From Octopus sinensis (lineage: Eukaryota): 64,000 nucleotides of DNA. The notes below the pieces were generated by a model. It was not told where the DNA came from. It ran no database searches and saw nothing but the letters and a program-made list of their open reading frames with translations. Shown one piece after another: positions 26,285-38,987 of the stretch (within the stretch, counting starts at the first letter, position 1; each line of letters starts with the position of its first letter). A program made the translations under genes and the position numbers. The stretch is from the NCBI RefSeq assembly GCF_006345805.1, contig NC_042997.1, positions 167,462,001 to 167,526,000 of the forward strand, given 5' to 3'.

Positions 26285-27229
26285 GCAAGTATATGATGTA
26301 TTATATTGTGTAATATGAAAAACATAAATTATAATTTCGTCTACTCGTCATGAATTATAACCATTCCACTACAGTTGTCATATGATACAGCGTGTCGATC
26401 AATCAGACACTCCTCAAGGTAAGATTGATAGCAAGGGTCAGAAATCTGTGATGTAATGTTGTAATATTTTCTGTGCATCGTCACGGCCAATTATCAAATT
26501 ACGGAAGATTAATATATTGAAAGAAAGGGTCAGGGAGAGACATTTATAAATAGTATAGAGTGACTTGAGATATGTAGCCATGACATACTAATTAGGGTGT
26601 GTATAAATAGATTATTGCTGGTTACAAGCGTTCAAGATGGATATTCTAATATATAATTAATATATATTTATACACAGCTCTGCGTGTAATAGAAAGCATA
26701 AAGTAGGTTTAATGCAGTAAATCTTTAACTGAGGAAATGTAAACAGATATGAATACATCTTATTAATTTTTTTTTTTTGTGACAAAGAGAATTTCAAGGC
26801 ATTTTTACGTATGCTTACAGTTCAGCTTAAAATCGTAATAATAGTAGTTTAACAAATTTACTTTTATCTTAGACATTTTAATACACGCCGCGTCAGCAGA
26901 AGTATTTATTAGTTGTTTAATCTTGTTACCAGTAAACGCAAGACATGTAAATTATTTTAGCCATTACAGCTAAATTTTAGCGTTTTATATAAATGACGAT
27001 TTCTTTACAGCTCTCTTTTCGAGCACGAGAACAGATTAGCAATTTTCCTTCGAACAATGAAACATATCAGGATAATCTTCATTTTTCTTTATACGAAAGG
27101 AATAACAAGCTATAATTGACAAAAATATTTCATTTATAATATTCCTCAGAAAGGCGTGAATCCAAAATCTCGCTCAAAAATTTGGTGACGTAGGAATATG
27201 ACTCTTCTGCAGTAAAAATCTGTTCATAT

Positions 27230-27688
27230 CTCGAAAGAGTCAAGAAGCTGGCTACCCGCATGGTTCTTGGTCTCAAGCATTTGTCTTATGAAGAAAGGCT
27301 GAAGACGCTCGACCTTTATTCTCTAGAAAAACGACGACGCCGTGGTGATCTCATTCTCGCTCACAACATCATAAGCGGAAAGTGTAACCTCTCGAAAGAG
27401 CTGTTCTTCACTCCTGCTCCAGAGCGTCGGCTGCGGAGTCACTCCGAAGAGCTCTATCTGCGACGATTTCATCTCAATCGAAGGAGAGGGGCTCTCTTCG
27501 TCCGGGTTGCGGATCCGTGGAATAAGCTGCCGGACGGGATAGTGAAGATACCGACGATCGCTCGGTTCAAAGTCTCTCTTGACCAGAAATGGCCTGAACT
27601 CTTTGCATGAACACCCTCCCTGTACATAACTCCATGTCCCCCTACATGGCCTTGCTTTTTGCTTTTTGAGCCAAAAAATTAACTAACA
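27230..27688 (+). mobile_element. CR1-clade LINE 3' end (5'-truncated)
   Basis: ORF 27260-27610 LKHLSYEERLKTLDLYSLEKRRRRGDLI...RVADPWNKLP...FKVSLD; 3' hairpin CCATGT-CCCCCT-ACATGG. Confidence 0.9.
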
Positions 27689-28959
27689 TATATCTGCTGC
27701 TTTGATTAATTTGTCCTATTCGCATAAGGTCTAATAAACCGAAATATGTGTCCATGATAATCACTTGCCAGACAGCCTTTTCCTAAGCACACAAATTAAC
27801 TTTAAGAAATCAATTCTTAATTTTTGAAATCATCTCCACTTTTCTTTGAGAGTCGCGAAATTTGTTGCTGCTTTTGTTTTCGTCCTCCAAATCTGTAGAA
27901 ATTTTAAATTAATTATAAATTATGTAAGTAAGACATTCACAGTCCTAAAAAGAAAACGGTCATGGCTGGAGTGCACTAGATAATGGTTCTGCTCGGTTAG
28001 AGTTAACATAGTGCTGAAAACACCACAGCTATAGCAACAACATATCAATTTCATTCAGTGTGCCCCACAATCAACAGGTTCTACATAGTTTTCGATCTGC
28101 AGGGAAAAGCAGCCAAATCACTCTTATATAACAGATTTCCATATTTAAAAAAGAGCACATTATTTAACATAGTCCTTGATACGCCCAAAATTTTTGAATG
28201 ACAACAGTTGAAAGAACTTTGATCATAAGTATGTTCAAAGTTGGCCTGGGGCTAAACAACAATAGCAATTTCATTGATAACTATGAAAACTTCTGACGCC
28301 CTTTTAACCTTCACTTTCACCACTTCTGTCTAGTCTACCACTTCGTTGCTCATTTCTGTCTAGTCTACCACTTCGTTGCTCACTTCCTTCCTTTATTTAC
28401 ACCATCACCGTCCTATCACCATTACAACTATCACCACAAACACCACCTCCTCAATTTCCAGAATCACTTATTATCCTTCAGCAACCTCTACTATCATCAT
28501 CATCCTCTTATCTTCGTCATTATTTTCTTGTTTCCCATTCACCAACTTGTTATCTGTCCGATGCCCGATTAACAAAACAAACATTGTATCAGCTACCACC
28601 TCATCACTTCTAATTAAGGTTTTGTTTTTGTCCTTTTATTAATTCCTTAATTTATTTCATAATGAGATATCAAAGTTGTTTCTTTATTATTGCTATTCCA
28701 TCAACATTGTTCTTAGTATTCACGTCTAAGGTACTTTATTATTAAATCGAGAATTGTACTTTATTCTAATCTGTCGTGGGAGGACATAAGGCAAAGTTAC
28801 TGCGGTATGATTTGAACTTGGCACATAACTAAAACACTTCAGGCATTTTACCCGACGCTCTAACTATTCTGACTTTTCTAACTATTCTACTATCTTCACT
28901 AAAACAAGATACAACTATAGAATCATTTTTCTATCTATCTGATTTCCATCATTGTTATT

Positions 28960-29562
28960 GGTATAAAATGTGAATTTCTAATCTCGTTTTAGAAGCTGAG
29001 GATTTCGAAGTAAACATCCCATTATCATCTTTCTCCGAGGATAAATATAGAGAATTTCTGTTATTGAATACATACATAAACATCAACACAGGTAATATTG
29101 GTGGAACATTTCCCTCAAAATTTCTACCAAGAGCAAACTTAAAAGGTCGGATATTTATCGTTTTGCGGGACAAACAAAAGTACGCACCGTCATAGAGGTC
29201 GGCTGCTCCACTGCTGTGAATATCTGTTCAAGAAATCAAACGGAAAGAGGACATCTAAGGATAACTGCTTCAATACTAGGTTATAAATTATAAATTCACA
29301 TTGATACCAATAATGATTAGGGCATTTGATTTTGTTGGAAAATGCTTTAGTGAGTGTGGAAAGGCTAGGGTTTTCAGAGAAAGAGATCAATCTGCTAATT
29401 AGCACATTAAAAGTACAATCTGTAAGAATTTCTCACGCTCAAAATGTGACATTGGTTTCCTTATCTACATTCCAACGATGTAGTTTTGTATCTTTGTTAG
29501 AAACTAGCTCCTTCCTTGCCGGAAGACTTCAAATAATGAAGAAAAAAAAAACAGAGGAGAAC
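28960..29562 (+). mobile_element. Decayed R4/Dong-like REL LINE 3' portion abutting (CATA)n
   Basis: Fragments RDKQ..TVIEVGC (PD..E-type REL region) and ERLGFSEKEINLLISTLKVQSV; 3' UTR shared with 16297-16400. Confidence 0.65.
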
Positions 29563-29917
29563 ATACATACATACATACATACATACATACATACAATATA
29601 CATTCATACAATAGTACATACATACATGCATTACATACATACATGCATTACATACATACATACGTACATACATACCGGCATGCATACATACATTCATATA
29701 TACATGCATACATACATACATACATACATACATACATACATACATACATACGCACATACATACATACATACGCACATACATACATACATACGCGCATACA
29801 TACGCACATACATACATACATACATGCATGCATACATACATACATACATACATACATACATACATACATACATACATACATACATCGATATCAATGTACA
29901 CTCATACATTCATATAT

Positions 29918-29959
<42 letters not shown>

Positions 29960-29999
29960 AACGTATATTCATATATATATATATGTACTTGCATACATT

Positions 30000-30040
<41 letters not shown>

Positions 30041-30113
30041 GACATACATACATTTATACTCATACACACACACATACATAGAAAAAAACACACACATACA
30101 TACACACACACAT

Positions 30114-30156
<43 letters not shown>

Positions 30157-30335
30157 AACACACACAAATAGACGTACTAGCGAAAGACCATTCAACACAT
30201 CTGCTTTTTCTTACAAACACATACACACATGAATACACACATACATACACGCGCGCACATACACTTACATACACACATACATACCCACATACATACCCCC
30301 CCCCCACACACACACACACACACACAAACACACAA
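29563..30335. repeat. (CATA)n/(TA)n/(CA)n microsatellite field
   Basis: Direct inspection. Confidence 0.95.
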
Positions 30336-30885
30336 TAATATGACATACTTGGCAAGATTTAGAACCACAATGAATAAAATCTCCAGAGGATTTCACAAAA
30401 TAGTTTTGTAGATATGTGATGAAAATATTCATGAATTTTTTTTTGTTTGTTTCCTAAATCAATAAAGATTAAAGATAGATATAAAGTAATAGTACGCGTG
30501 TTTGCAATATGGCAATATTTGAAAGTGCAAAAAATCGGTGTATCTCAATATATGGATCGAATAGCAAGTAAATAAAGAAAGTGTGCGACTCAGGACAGAA
30601 GTGAATTATATAAAAGAGTGACTTGTATTTTCTATATTAGATGATTTGTCAAGTTTAGTACACAAATGTGTGTTAAAAATTTCTAAAACAAAAAGACTGA
30701 ATAATTAACTCTTTTCTATAAAGAGTTAATTATTTAGGTGCACGTATTTAAGTGTGTGTGCGTATGTGTGAGTGAGTGTGTGTGTGAGTGTATATATGTA
30801 TGTACGTGTGTGTTTGTGTCTGTGGGTATTTATATGTATATATATATGTGTATATATATGTATTTATGTATGTGTGTCTGTATAT

Positions 30886-30935
<50 letters not shown>

Positions 30936-30944
30936 TGTATGTAT

Positions 30945-31505
30945 GTCTACACTTCTTCTTATATAAACTCTTACCCTCTGTGTAGCAGGGATTTCCACAG
31001 AACACATATACTACGTTATTACGTAAACAGGATCTGGCTAGCGGACACGACTCCTTAATTCGACAATTACATTCCCCCATCCCACATCGGTATTAATTTT
31101 CCGATTACTAGAGGTTTAATCGCCTCCGACTGTCAGGTGTTGACCTGACGTAATGTTTACGTTAGAGCTAGTATCAGTTTGGAAGTTATAGAGTTCATTA
31201 TAAAGATTTGTGTGGGTATATTTCTTAAGGCTGAGTTTAGATTTATTGATGGAAGCTATGCTCGAACCTAGATTCGGAGTTCTAGAGTACGACCATTTCC
31301 CTGAGGATTTATTAAAAATAGAATAATATTTATGATTTTTAGGAAGATTTTCCTTCAATATATTGAAAAACAATTTGGGTAAAGATTTGACTTGAAGACA
31401 GAAGGGCGGGGCAAACCATGTAATTTCACGTTTCCTAGATTTTGAGTATTTGGTCTGATTAGATTTTATATAGTTTTTATATTTATGTGAATTCCTAAAT
31501 GCCAT
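30945..31505 (-). mobile_element. PLE fragment (thumb to GIY-YIG N-half), inverted segment
   Basis: RKREITWFAPPFCLQVK...HKYYSIFNK...SYSRTPN; CNCRIKESCPLARSCLRNNVVY...RVYIR (YIG remnant). Confidence 0.85.
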
Positions 31506-32020
31506 CTTATTAATTCGGGCCTCATTCGTACTAAAGCAAAATATGAATCTTCTACAACGTTAGCTTCGTATATACAAGAACTCAAACTAAAAAAATATAC
31601 AATACTCATTATCTTAGTCTATAATAGCAGAAGCACCCCCATACAATACAATTACGCGTGTATATAAATTGTGCATTAGTGAGTCCATGAACATTCTTCG
31701 TCGATATGAGCCTACATCATTAAATATGTTCTCGGATGCTATATTTTCCTGTAACCATAGATACCGTTCAACATTTAAATATTTTGATAATCCTCGACAA
31801 ATTAACCATTAAATTTTTGATTAACTATATTTCAATTAATCTCTATACTCCTGCCATCCTGTAGCTTCATATTGATAAATTATACCTGCTTAATATTTTC
31901 TAAATCGCATTTCCCATAATTCTTGTCATAGCATTTCCTCCCCCTGTTAACAACTGCATCTCCCTATATAACTAAATCTCATCTACCCAGTACAACATTG
32001 CTCGAAATGTGACATTCGCC
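31506..32020 (+). mobile_element. Same PLE: GIY-YIG C-half and 3' UTR, direct segment
   Basis: KYESSTTLASYIQELK...SIIAEAPPYN....KLCISESMNIL....LNMFSDAIFSCNHRY. Confidence 0.8.
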
Positions 32021-32269
32021 CCCTTCCCTTTTTTTGAAGTTAATGTTATTATTTAAAGTTAGTACTGCTTGGTTATATCACGGTTGTTAAATTGTTGAAC
32101 GTTGTTTTTGTGTTTTGTTAATACACAACTGTTTACTGCTTTGTGGAAGTCCGGTGTTCGTTTCCTCCTTGTTTTGAGTGGGGGAGGCGCTTGTTGTGGA
32201 GGATGGATTTTGATTGCGAAAGATTGGGTTTTTCAGGCATAAGTACGTCAGAAAGTGAAATGGTAGATT

Positions 32270-33004
32270 CAATTGGAGGAGGAGATGACAAGAGAAATGG
32301 AGGTAAATATCGAAAAAAGTACAAAAAGTTTTGCGGCAGGACGTAAAAGAATATAAAAATATGATGCAAAAGGAGGGGTATGTAGAGGAACTGACCCCTC
32401 CTAGTGAAGTATCAAAAGATGTGCAGGTTAAAACAGTGATATACAAGATATGTATTGAAGGAAAAAATAATTGACGTAGCAACGAAGGATCATATTGAAA
32501 GATGCTTGGGGTGCATCTGACCGTAAATCATGTATATGGCCAGGGGCAACAACTATGCGTTGGTAGAAATAAGCTTTCATACAGAAGAAAGGGCCCGGCA
32601 GCACTCTGTGGCCGCCCTGAAGACACAAGAGATATTATTTCTACAATCTTACATTGGAAGGCGTGTTGCCAAGGTAAGAGTAGAGGAAATCTCGCCGGAA
32701 GTGAATAAGGTCTGGCTGGTGGAAGCAATAACTCTAGACTTGGAGGAAAGAATATCAATCCTCCAAGCAACAAGGATATCAATGCAAAATTTTCTGGGGC
32801 GGGGACTGGAGGTGATTGTCCATGCTACCCCAGAAGATCTGAATAACATTGCAGACACTATTTTCGTAGGTGAAAAGAGGTTGAGTATTGTGGTGGAGAG
32901 CAGAAGGCCTCGTTGTTTTAAGTGTGTCCAGATGGGCCACAGAAGAGCTGAATGCCCTCCACCCCCAGCGAAAGTCACAGAAGTCAGAATGGAGGAAACC
33001 GTAC
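32270..33004 (+). mobile_element. LINE ORF1 relic (L1/Tx1-like, RRM-like region plus CCHC zinc knuckle)
   Basis: ORF 32530-33045 contains RRPRCFKCVQMGHRRAECP (CX2CX4HX4C); ends where the SINE begins. Confidence 0.7.
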
Positions 33005-33195
33005 TGACACTTTATTTCAGGTTGCTCCAGTTCACTCAGCTGTAGAAATGAGTTGCGGCATCACAGGTGCCAAGCTGTATCGACCTTTGCCATGGGCGAC
33101 TACTGGTCTTCCATAAAACAACTTGCCCTGACTTGTGCCTCGGAGGGGAACTTTCTAGGTGCATTCCCATGGTCATTCATGCCCGAAGAGGGCCT
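33005..33195 (+). mobile_element. SINE family C, 5'-truncated
   Basis: ACACTTTATTTCAGGTTGCTCCAGTTCACTCAGCTGTAGAAATGAGT... Confidence 0.8.
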
Positions 33196-33214
33196 TTACT
33201 TTTTATATATCATA

Positions 33215-33872
33215 TTCAATGTATGACAAAGTTTTACTGTTGTATTCGTCCGGCGACAATATCTGCCATGGGTGTGCTCTGTTTAAAAGCACAATATATA
33301 TATTGGATGAGGACAGAATTCATCCCAACAGCGGTGAGTGAGAACGTTACGTGTATTTCTGCCTTTGTTTAAGCCGATCAATAACGTGTACTCACTACCA
33401 GTATTCTTAGACGAAATCTATCATCACAGATATATACGAAAACAGTGAAGCAGCCATTGGTGCTCGATTGAAGAAAACAGCCGCTCGATTGAAGAAAAAT
33501 CCGTTATATAACGCAGAAACATTATCAGATTAAAAGAGTCATTTGGGTATCGTACTTAATGTAAATACATTGTGACAGGCAAAATTTACTGGATTTTTAT
33601 TCAGCCAGACGGCTACACCAGTGACTTAGTTCACTGTTTTCGAATACGTCTGACGAAAGATTTCGTTTAAGCATGCTAGCAGTGAGAACACGATATTCAT
33701 AGCGCCCAACGAGGCAAAAATGCATCTAACGTTCTCACTCGCTGCTGTTGAGACAAGCTACCCTTCGCAACGATATAAACATATTGTGTTTCTAAACACA
33801 GCGCATACATTGGAGATATTGTCTCTGGACGAACACTGCAATAAATTTTGCCTGTCACGATGTATTTGCATG
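33215..33872. mobile_element. Two diverged copies of a MITE-like repeat in inverted orientation
   Basis: 33215-33465 aligns to the reverse complement of 33610-33860; TIR-like TGTAAATACATTGTGACAGGCAAAATTTA (33560) / TAAATTTTGCCTGTCACGATGTATTTGCA (33870). Confidence 0.65.
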
Positions 33873-33907
33873 AAATATTACAGGATCTCATTCTCTCTCT
33901 TTCTTTG

Positions 33908-33967
<60 letters not shown>

Positions 33968-34702
33968 TGTTGTGTGTGTGTGTCTTTATGTAATAGATTA
34001 TTTTATAATAAGAAATGTGGTGATAGTTAAAGATTAAAAATTAAAGTTCATAAACTTTAACATTTCACAGAGAAGAAAATATAAAGTAAAAGAGTCTAAT
34101 AATAAATATTGATGATAAATTTATGGTGAGGAAAAGGAAATGGAGAATAAAGAAGTGCACCCTCATTTAAAGAGAGTAAAATATTAAAACAACTAAGCAA
34201 ATAAGGAATTTTGGAATAGACATGTAATTATTTAAGATGTTTATGATAAATGCTGAGCAAAGTTACGAAAGGACGTAACTCCAAAGTGTTCATGCAAATT
34301 CTAGATTATTAAATAATTAAATTCTTAAATTACTAAATTATTAAATAATTGGAGAATTAAATGGTAAATGAAATTAAATTAGGTAAAAGAGTCTATATTT
34401 GGAAGTTTAGGAAATTAGTGACATAAATGACGAATTATTTGAAAAAATTACAGGAAAATAGGAAATAAACTTTAAAAGGGTTAAAGATCAGAAAGAATGT
34501 AAGTGAATCTATAATATTTGTGCAGAAAATCGAATGCTGCAGTCAGAGTTACTAAACCACTGTTATGGAGAATGCATGAGAGAAAGAGCGTTTGTTTGAA
34601 GTCGAAATGGAGGACATTTTTGAGTCGTATAATTTTTCAGTTAAAACGGAAATATATTTTCACTGTTTAAATTTTCATTCCGTATAAATTTATTTTGAGT
34701 GA

Positions 34703-35510
34703 TAGGCGTAAGCGTGGTTGTTAAGTAAGAAGCTTGCGAGAGGTACCAGGATCATTACCTGGATTCTCCACCCAAAGGCGGCGAGCTGGCAGAAACGTTA
34801 GCACGCCGGGCGAAATGCGTAGCCGTATTTCGTCTGCCGCTACGTTCTGAGTTCAAATTCCACCGAGGTCGACTTTGCTTTTCATCCTTTCTGGGGTCGA
34901 TATAATCGACTTAATCCGTCTGTCTGTCCTTGTTTGTCTCCTCTGTGTCTAGCCCCTTGTGGGTAGTAAAGAAAAAGGTATTTCGTCTGCCGATGCGTTC
35001 TGAGTTCAAATTCCGCCGAGGTCGACTTTGCCTTTCATCCTTTCAGGGTCGATAAATTAAGTACCAGTCACGCACTGGGATCGACTTAATCCCTTTGTCT
35101 GTCCTTGTTTGTCCCCTCTATGTTTAGCCCCTTGTGGGCAATAAAGAAGTAAAAAGCTTGCTTCTTAATCATATCGTCTTGGGTTCAAATCTACTGCGCA
35201 GTACCTTGAGCAGTGATCTGCTGTAGTTCTGGGCCGACCAAAGTGGATTTGGTAGACAGAAGTTAAAAGAAACCCATCGTATGTGTAAGTGTGCGAGAAC
35301 GCGCACGTACATGTCAGTTCCCCACCACTGCTTATTAACGGTGTTAGTTTGTTTACGTCACCGTAACTTAGTGGTTCGGGAAAAAAGAGTCCGATGGATT
35401 AAGTATAAGTTTTAAAAATAAGTACTTAGGTCGATTTATTCGTCTGAACCCCTCAAGGCGTTGTCCCAGCAAAGCCGCAGTCCAAAGAATAAAAACAAGT
35501 AAAAGATGAT
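34703..35510 (+). mobile_element. Old SINE family B split by a nested SINE family A dimer (34776-35146)
   Basis: B head 34703-34737 resumes at 35147; TSD AAGTAAGAAGCTTGC / AAGTAAAAAGCTTGC. Confidence 0.8.
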
Positions 35511-35564
35511 AAAAAAATGATGAAATTATGAGATTTTAGATCCCTAAGTGACTTCTGGGACACA

Positions 35565-35682
35565 CTGCATGTGTGTGTTTACGTGTGTCTGTGCGTGTGT
35601 GTGTGTACTGAGTGTGTACGTGTGTAATACGCACACACGCGTGCGCAGGATTTTGGCTTCATCAATCTATGGATACATGTGC

Positions 35683-35723
<41 letters not shown>

Positions 35724-35914
35724 CGCGCATGCTAATGCTGTTTATGTTATTGTTGTGGTTCTTGTTTGCTGCTGCTGTTGATGCTGCTGCTGATGATGAA
35801 GATGATGATGACGACGACGACGGCGACGATGACATGATGATGAGGATGATGATGATGAAGATGTGGAGGGGAAGGAGGAGCAAGGTTAGGGTGGTGGTGG
35901 TGGTGATGGTGGTG

Positions 35915-35957
<43 letters not shown>

Positions 35958-36439
35958 CGGCTGCAGCAGTACCACCACCACCACCACCACCACCACCACT
36001 ACCACCACTACCACCACTACTACCAGTACCAGCACTAGCAACACCAGCACCACCAGTAATGATGGTGGGAATAAAGTTGTGGATGGAAGAGTAGGCCTTC
36101 ACTTCCCCTCCATGGCTGTGTGAGGTCCCTACTGATGTTTATTTTCAATTTCCAGAAAAGCTGCAGTAAATGGCTCGGTCCGGACTGATGATGTCTTAAG
36201 CCATTCGACATTTGTCTTCTCTTATCTCAAGGTGAGTCTTGTCCTTCACTCACCCTCACCGTGTGTTATCAAGATCATTCGGGACCCCACCCTCTTATCG
36301 CAGTGTTTCTCCTGTCTTTGCTACCCAGCCTTCCACCGAAGTTTTACACAAATATTGACTTAAGATCCTGCTAGCAAAATATAAATATTGTCAACTCATA
36401 ATGATCATGTCGATAGTCGTAGAGATGATGTTGTTGTTG

Positions 36440-36471
<32 letters not shown>

Positions 36472-36741
36472 GGTGGTGGTGGTGGTGGTGGTGGTGGTGG
36501 TGGTAGTGGTTTTGGTGGTGGTGGTGGTGGTGGATATAGCGGCAACTTGTTACAGTGTTATAATGTTTGTTGAAGTATCTGGAAGAAGGGGAGCGGGTTG
36601 TGTGGCTGATAAGGATGATGGTGTCGACAGCGGTGACGGTGTTTGCGAGCAGCAGTAATGGTGGCAGCGGTGGTTGAGTTGTGGTGCTGATGATGATGAT
36701 GATGCTGATGGACTGCAGGGTGCAAGTGTATTGAATGTGTA

Positions 36742-36812
<71 letters not shown>

Positions 36813-36839
36813 ATATATATATATATGTATTTATACATT

Positions 36840-36872
<33 letters not shown>

Positions 36873-36922
36873 GTATGTATATATATATATGTGTGTGTGT
36901 ATGTATATGTATATATACATAT

Positions 36923-36997
<75 letters not shown>

Positions 36998-37145
36998 AGG
37001 ACGTAAGTTTGAATATTTGATGATGATGATGATGATGATGACGACGACGACGATGACGATGGTAGCGGCGGTGGTGGTGGTGAGGATGATGATAATGATG
37101 ATGACGATAACGACAAAGAAGACGACGATGATAAAGTTGATAATA
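35565..37145. repeat. (TG)n, (GAT)n, (GGT)n, (GTA)n, (CCA)n, (GTT)n and (TA)n microsatellite field
   Basis: Direct inspection; source of homopolymeric ORFs. Confidence 0.9.
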
Positions 37146-38129
37146 GCAGATATGTTGATGTGGATGAAAGAATTTGGGAATATTGGCGGTTGTTTGTGAT
37201 AATGGCAGTATCATTAAGGATACTGAGTGTGGTTGTGGTGAAAGAATTATAGTATTTGCTAGATCTATTGCGGATATGGAGACAGTGGTGGCAGCGGCGG
37301 CGGCGGCAGGGTGGTGAAATTATAGTGACTATTATAATGACACAGCTCCTCACACATGATGGCTCCATAAGTAACATTCCTGCGAAGTAAAGTTTCTACA
37401 ATTTCTTGCCCGCATTCATCTAAGTCCACGTTCAGTAAAACGCCATCAAAAACTTTTTTTTACTCCATGAAACGCAAAGCAATCGATTCTGACATTGTCC
37501 TCAAGCATCATTGAACTCTGATATTTTTCTCTTTCTACAAGAATCTATTCCGACCTCTCAAAATATGCTACACGGTATCCTTCTGTCTCCAACAGAAGAA
37601 ACCTCTTTAATCTTTCCAGCTATCAAGTAGTCACTCACACAACATCTAAAAATGATATAGAGACAATTGTAAACATTTATTTTCTCCATCAGCATCAACC
37701 CTTTCTCCATCTTCAGTGACTTCTAGTACATATTCTGTAGAGCCAAATCAACTGAGGACCAAGAGTGCTTATATGCACCGGAAACCAATATAAAATGGGG
37801 GTTTTTTTCATGGTAACTATCTCAGTATTGCGTGTTCTAATACAATATCCACTTTTAAGTGGAGATAAATATCACCTTTTGATTTAACACTGCTTCTGTC
37901 AGTGTTAATAATTTTTTAATAAGCCCACTACCTATTCGCGACACTAATACTTGTTTAGACACTGAAGTCCTATGTATTTTGTCTTTTATGTCTTTCACCA
38001 GTGGTATTTTAGCACTGAGAAATTTGTTGAAATAGTAGTTGCTCTTTGAATCAGTTAAAATATTTGACCTGTCAGACATGAAAATCAAGGATACACTCAA
38101 CTACCTCACACTCTCTAGTCTAGAACATA

Positions 38130-38987
38130 CGTGGTGGTATCAAAAGGTTCCCGGGCTAGTTATGTTTAATAAAAAAAAAAAACTTATTTACCTAAGTTTT
38201 AACATCATCTTCTCCGAAATAGTCGTTTTGCGCAGCAATACACCAGTCTCAGTGTTTCTGCCTCTTTTGGAATCCGGCCTGGAAATCGTTTTCTGTAAGC
38301 GAGTCGTGGACCTTCAGCAATTCGCTCTGGATCTCGGCAACGGTGTTAAAGCGGTGGCCTTTGAGCTGCATTTTCCTCTTGGGGAAGAGATGGAAGTCCG
38401 CCGGTGCTAAATCTGGCGAACAGGGTGGGTGCGGAAAGGATACCATGTTGTTTTGAGGCGAGAAACTACAGATCCCGTCGCTTACGCCGAATGTCCTCCC
38501 TCAAACGCTTCAAAACGTCGCAGTTGGACTCTCGATTGACGATCTGGCCCTGTGGTGGTGGGGAGGGGTGATTCTCGTAGCACAATAACACATTTGACGC
38601 TCATGGTTGGTCTTCCAGATTGTTCATCGTCGTCCATGGATGCTCTTCCGCTTTTGAAGCGCCCGTGCCACTCGAAGCATTGCGTACGATCCATTACTTC
38701 GTTGCCGTAAGCTTGCCGAAGCATGCTCAATGTCTCTGTAGCAGACGTCCCAAGTTTAGCGCAAAATTTCACGTTGACTCTTGTTCCTGTCTGTGACAAA
38801 ATCGCAGACTACAGCATACACGTGATTAGAAAAACACAAATTTCACAACTTGCGACGTAAACACAGCGATGTCACACGGCAGACTGCCTCATGAAATTCA
38901 CTGCTAGCTCTCAATCCGTAGGCACCCGTGTGCTGCCATTCGTTTGCAGACTGCAGAACTAGTCCGGGAACTTTTTAATATACCTCG
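38130..38987 (-). mobile_element. Internally deleted mariner (same family as 61823-63047)
   Basis: TIRs CGTGGTGGTATCAAAAGGTTCCCGGGCTAGT / ACTAGTCCGGGAACTTTTTAATATACCTCG with TA; ORFs 38482-38799 (HTH, SGRP) and 38249-38446 (PPCSPDLAPADFHLFPK). Confidence 0.92.

Noticed and set aside
26375-26423. Candidate 44-nt exon ending CAAG|GTAAGA
   Set aside because: Weak acceptor and no supporting homology.
36180-36216. CTGATGA-TGTC...GACA
   Set aside because: No GAAA after stem II.
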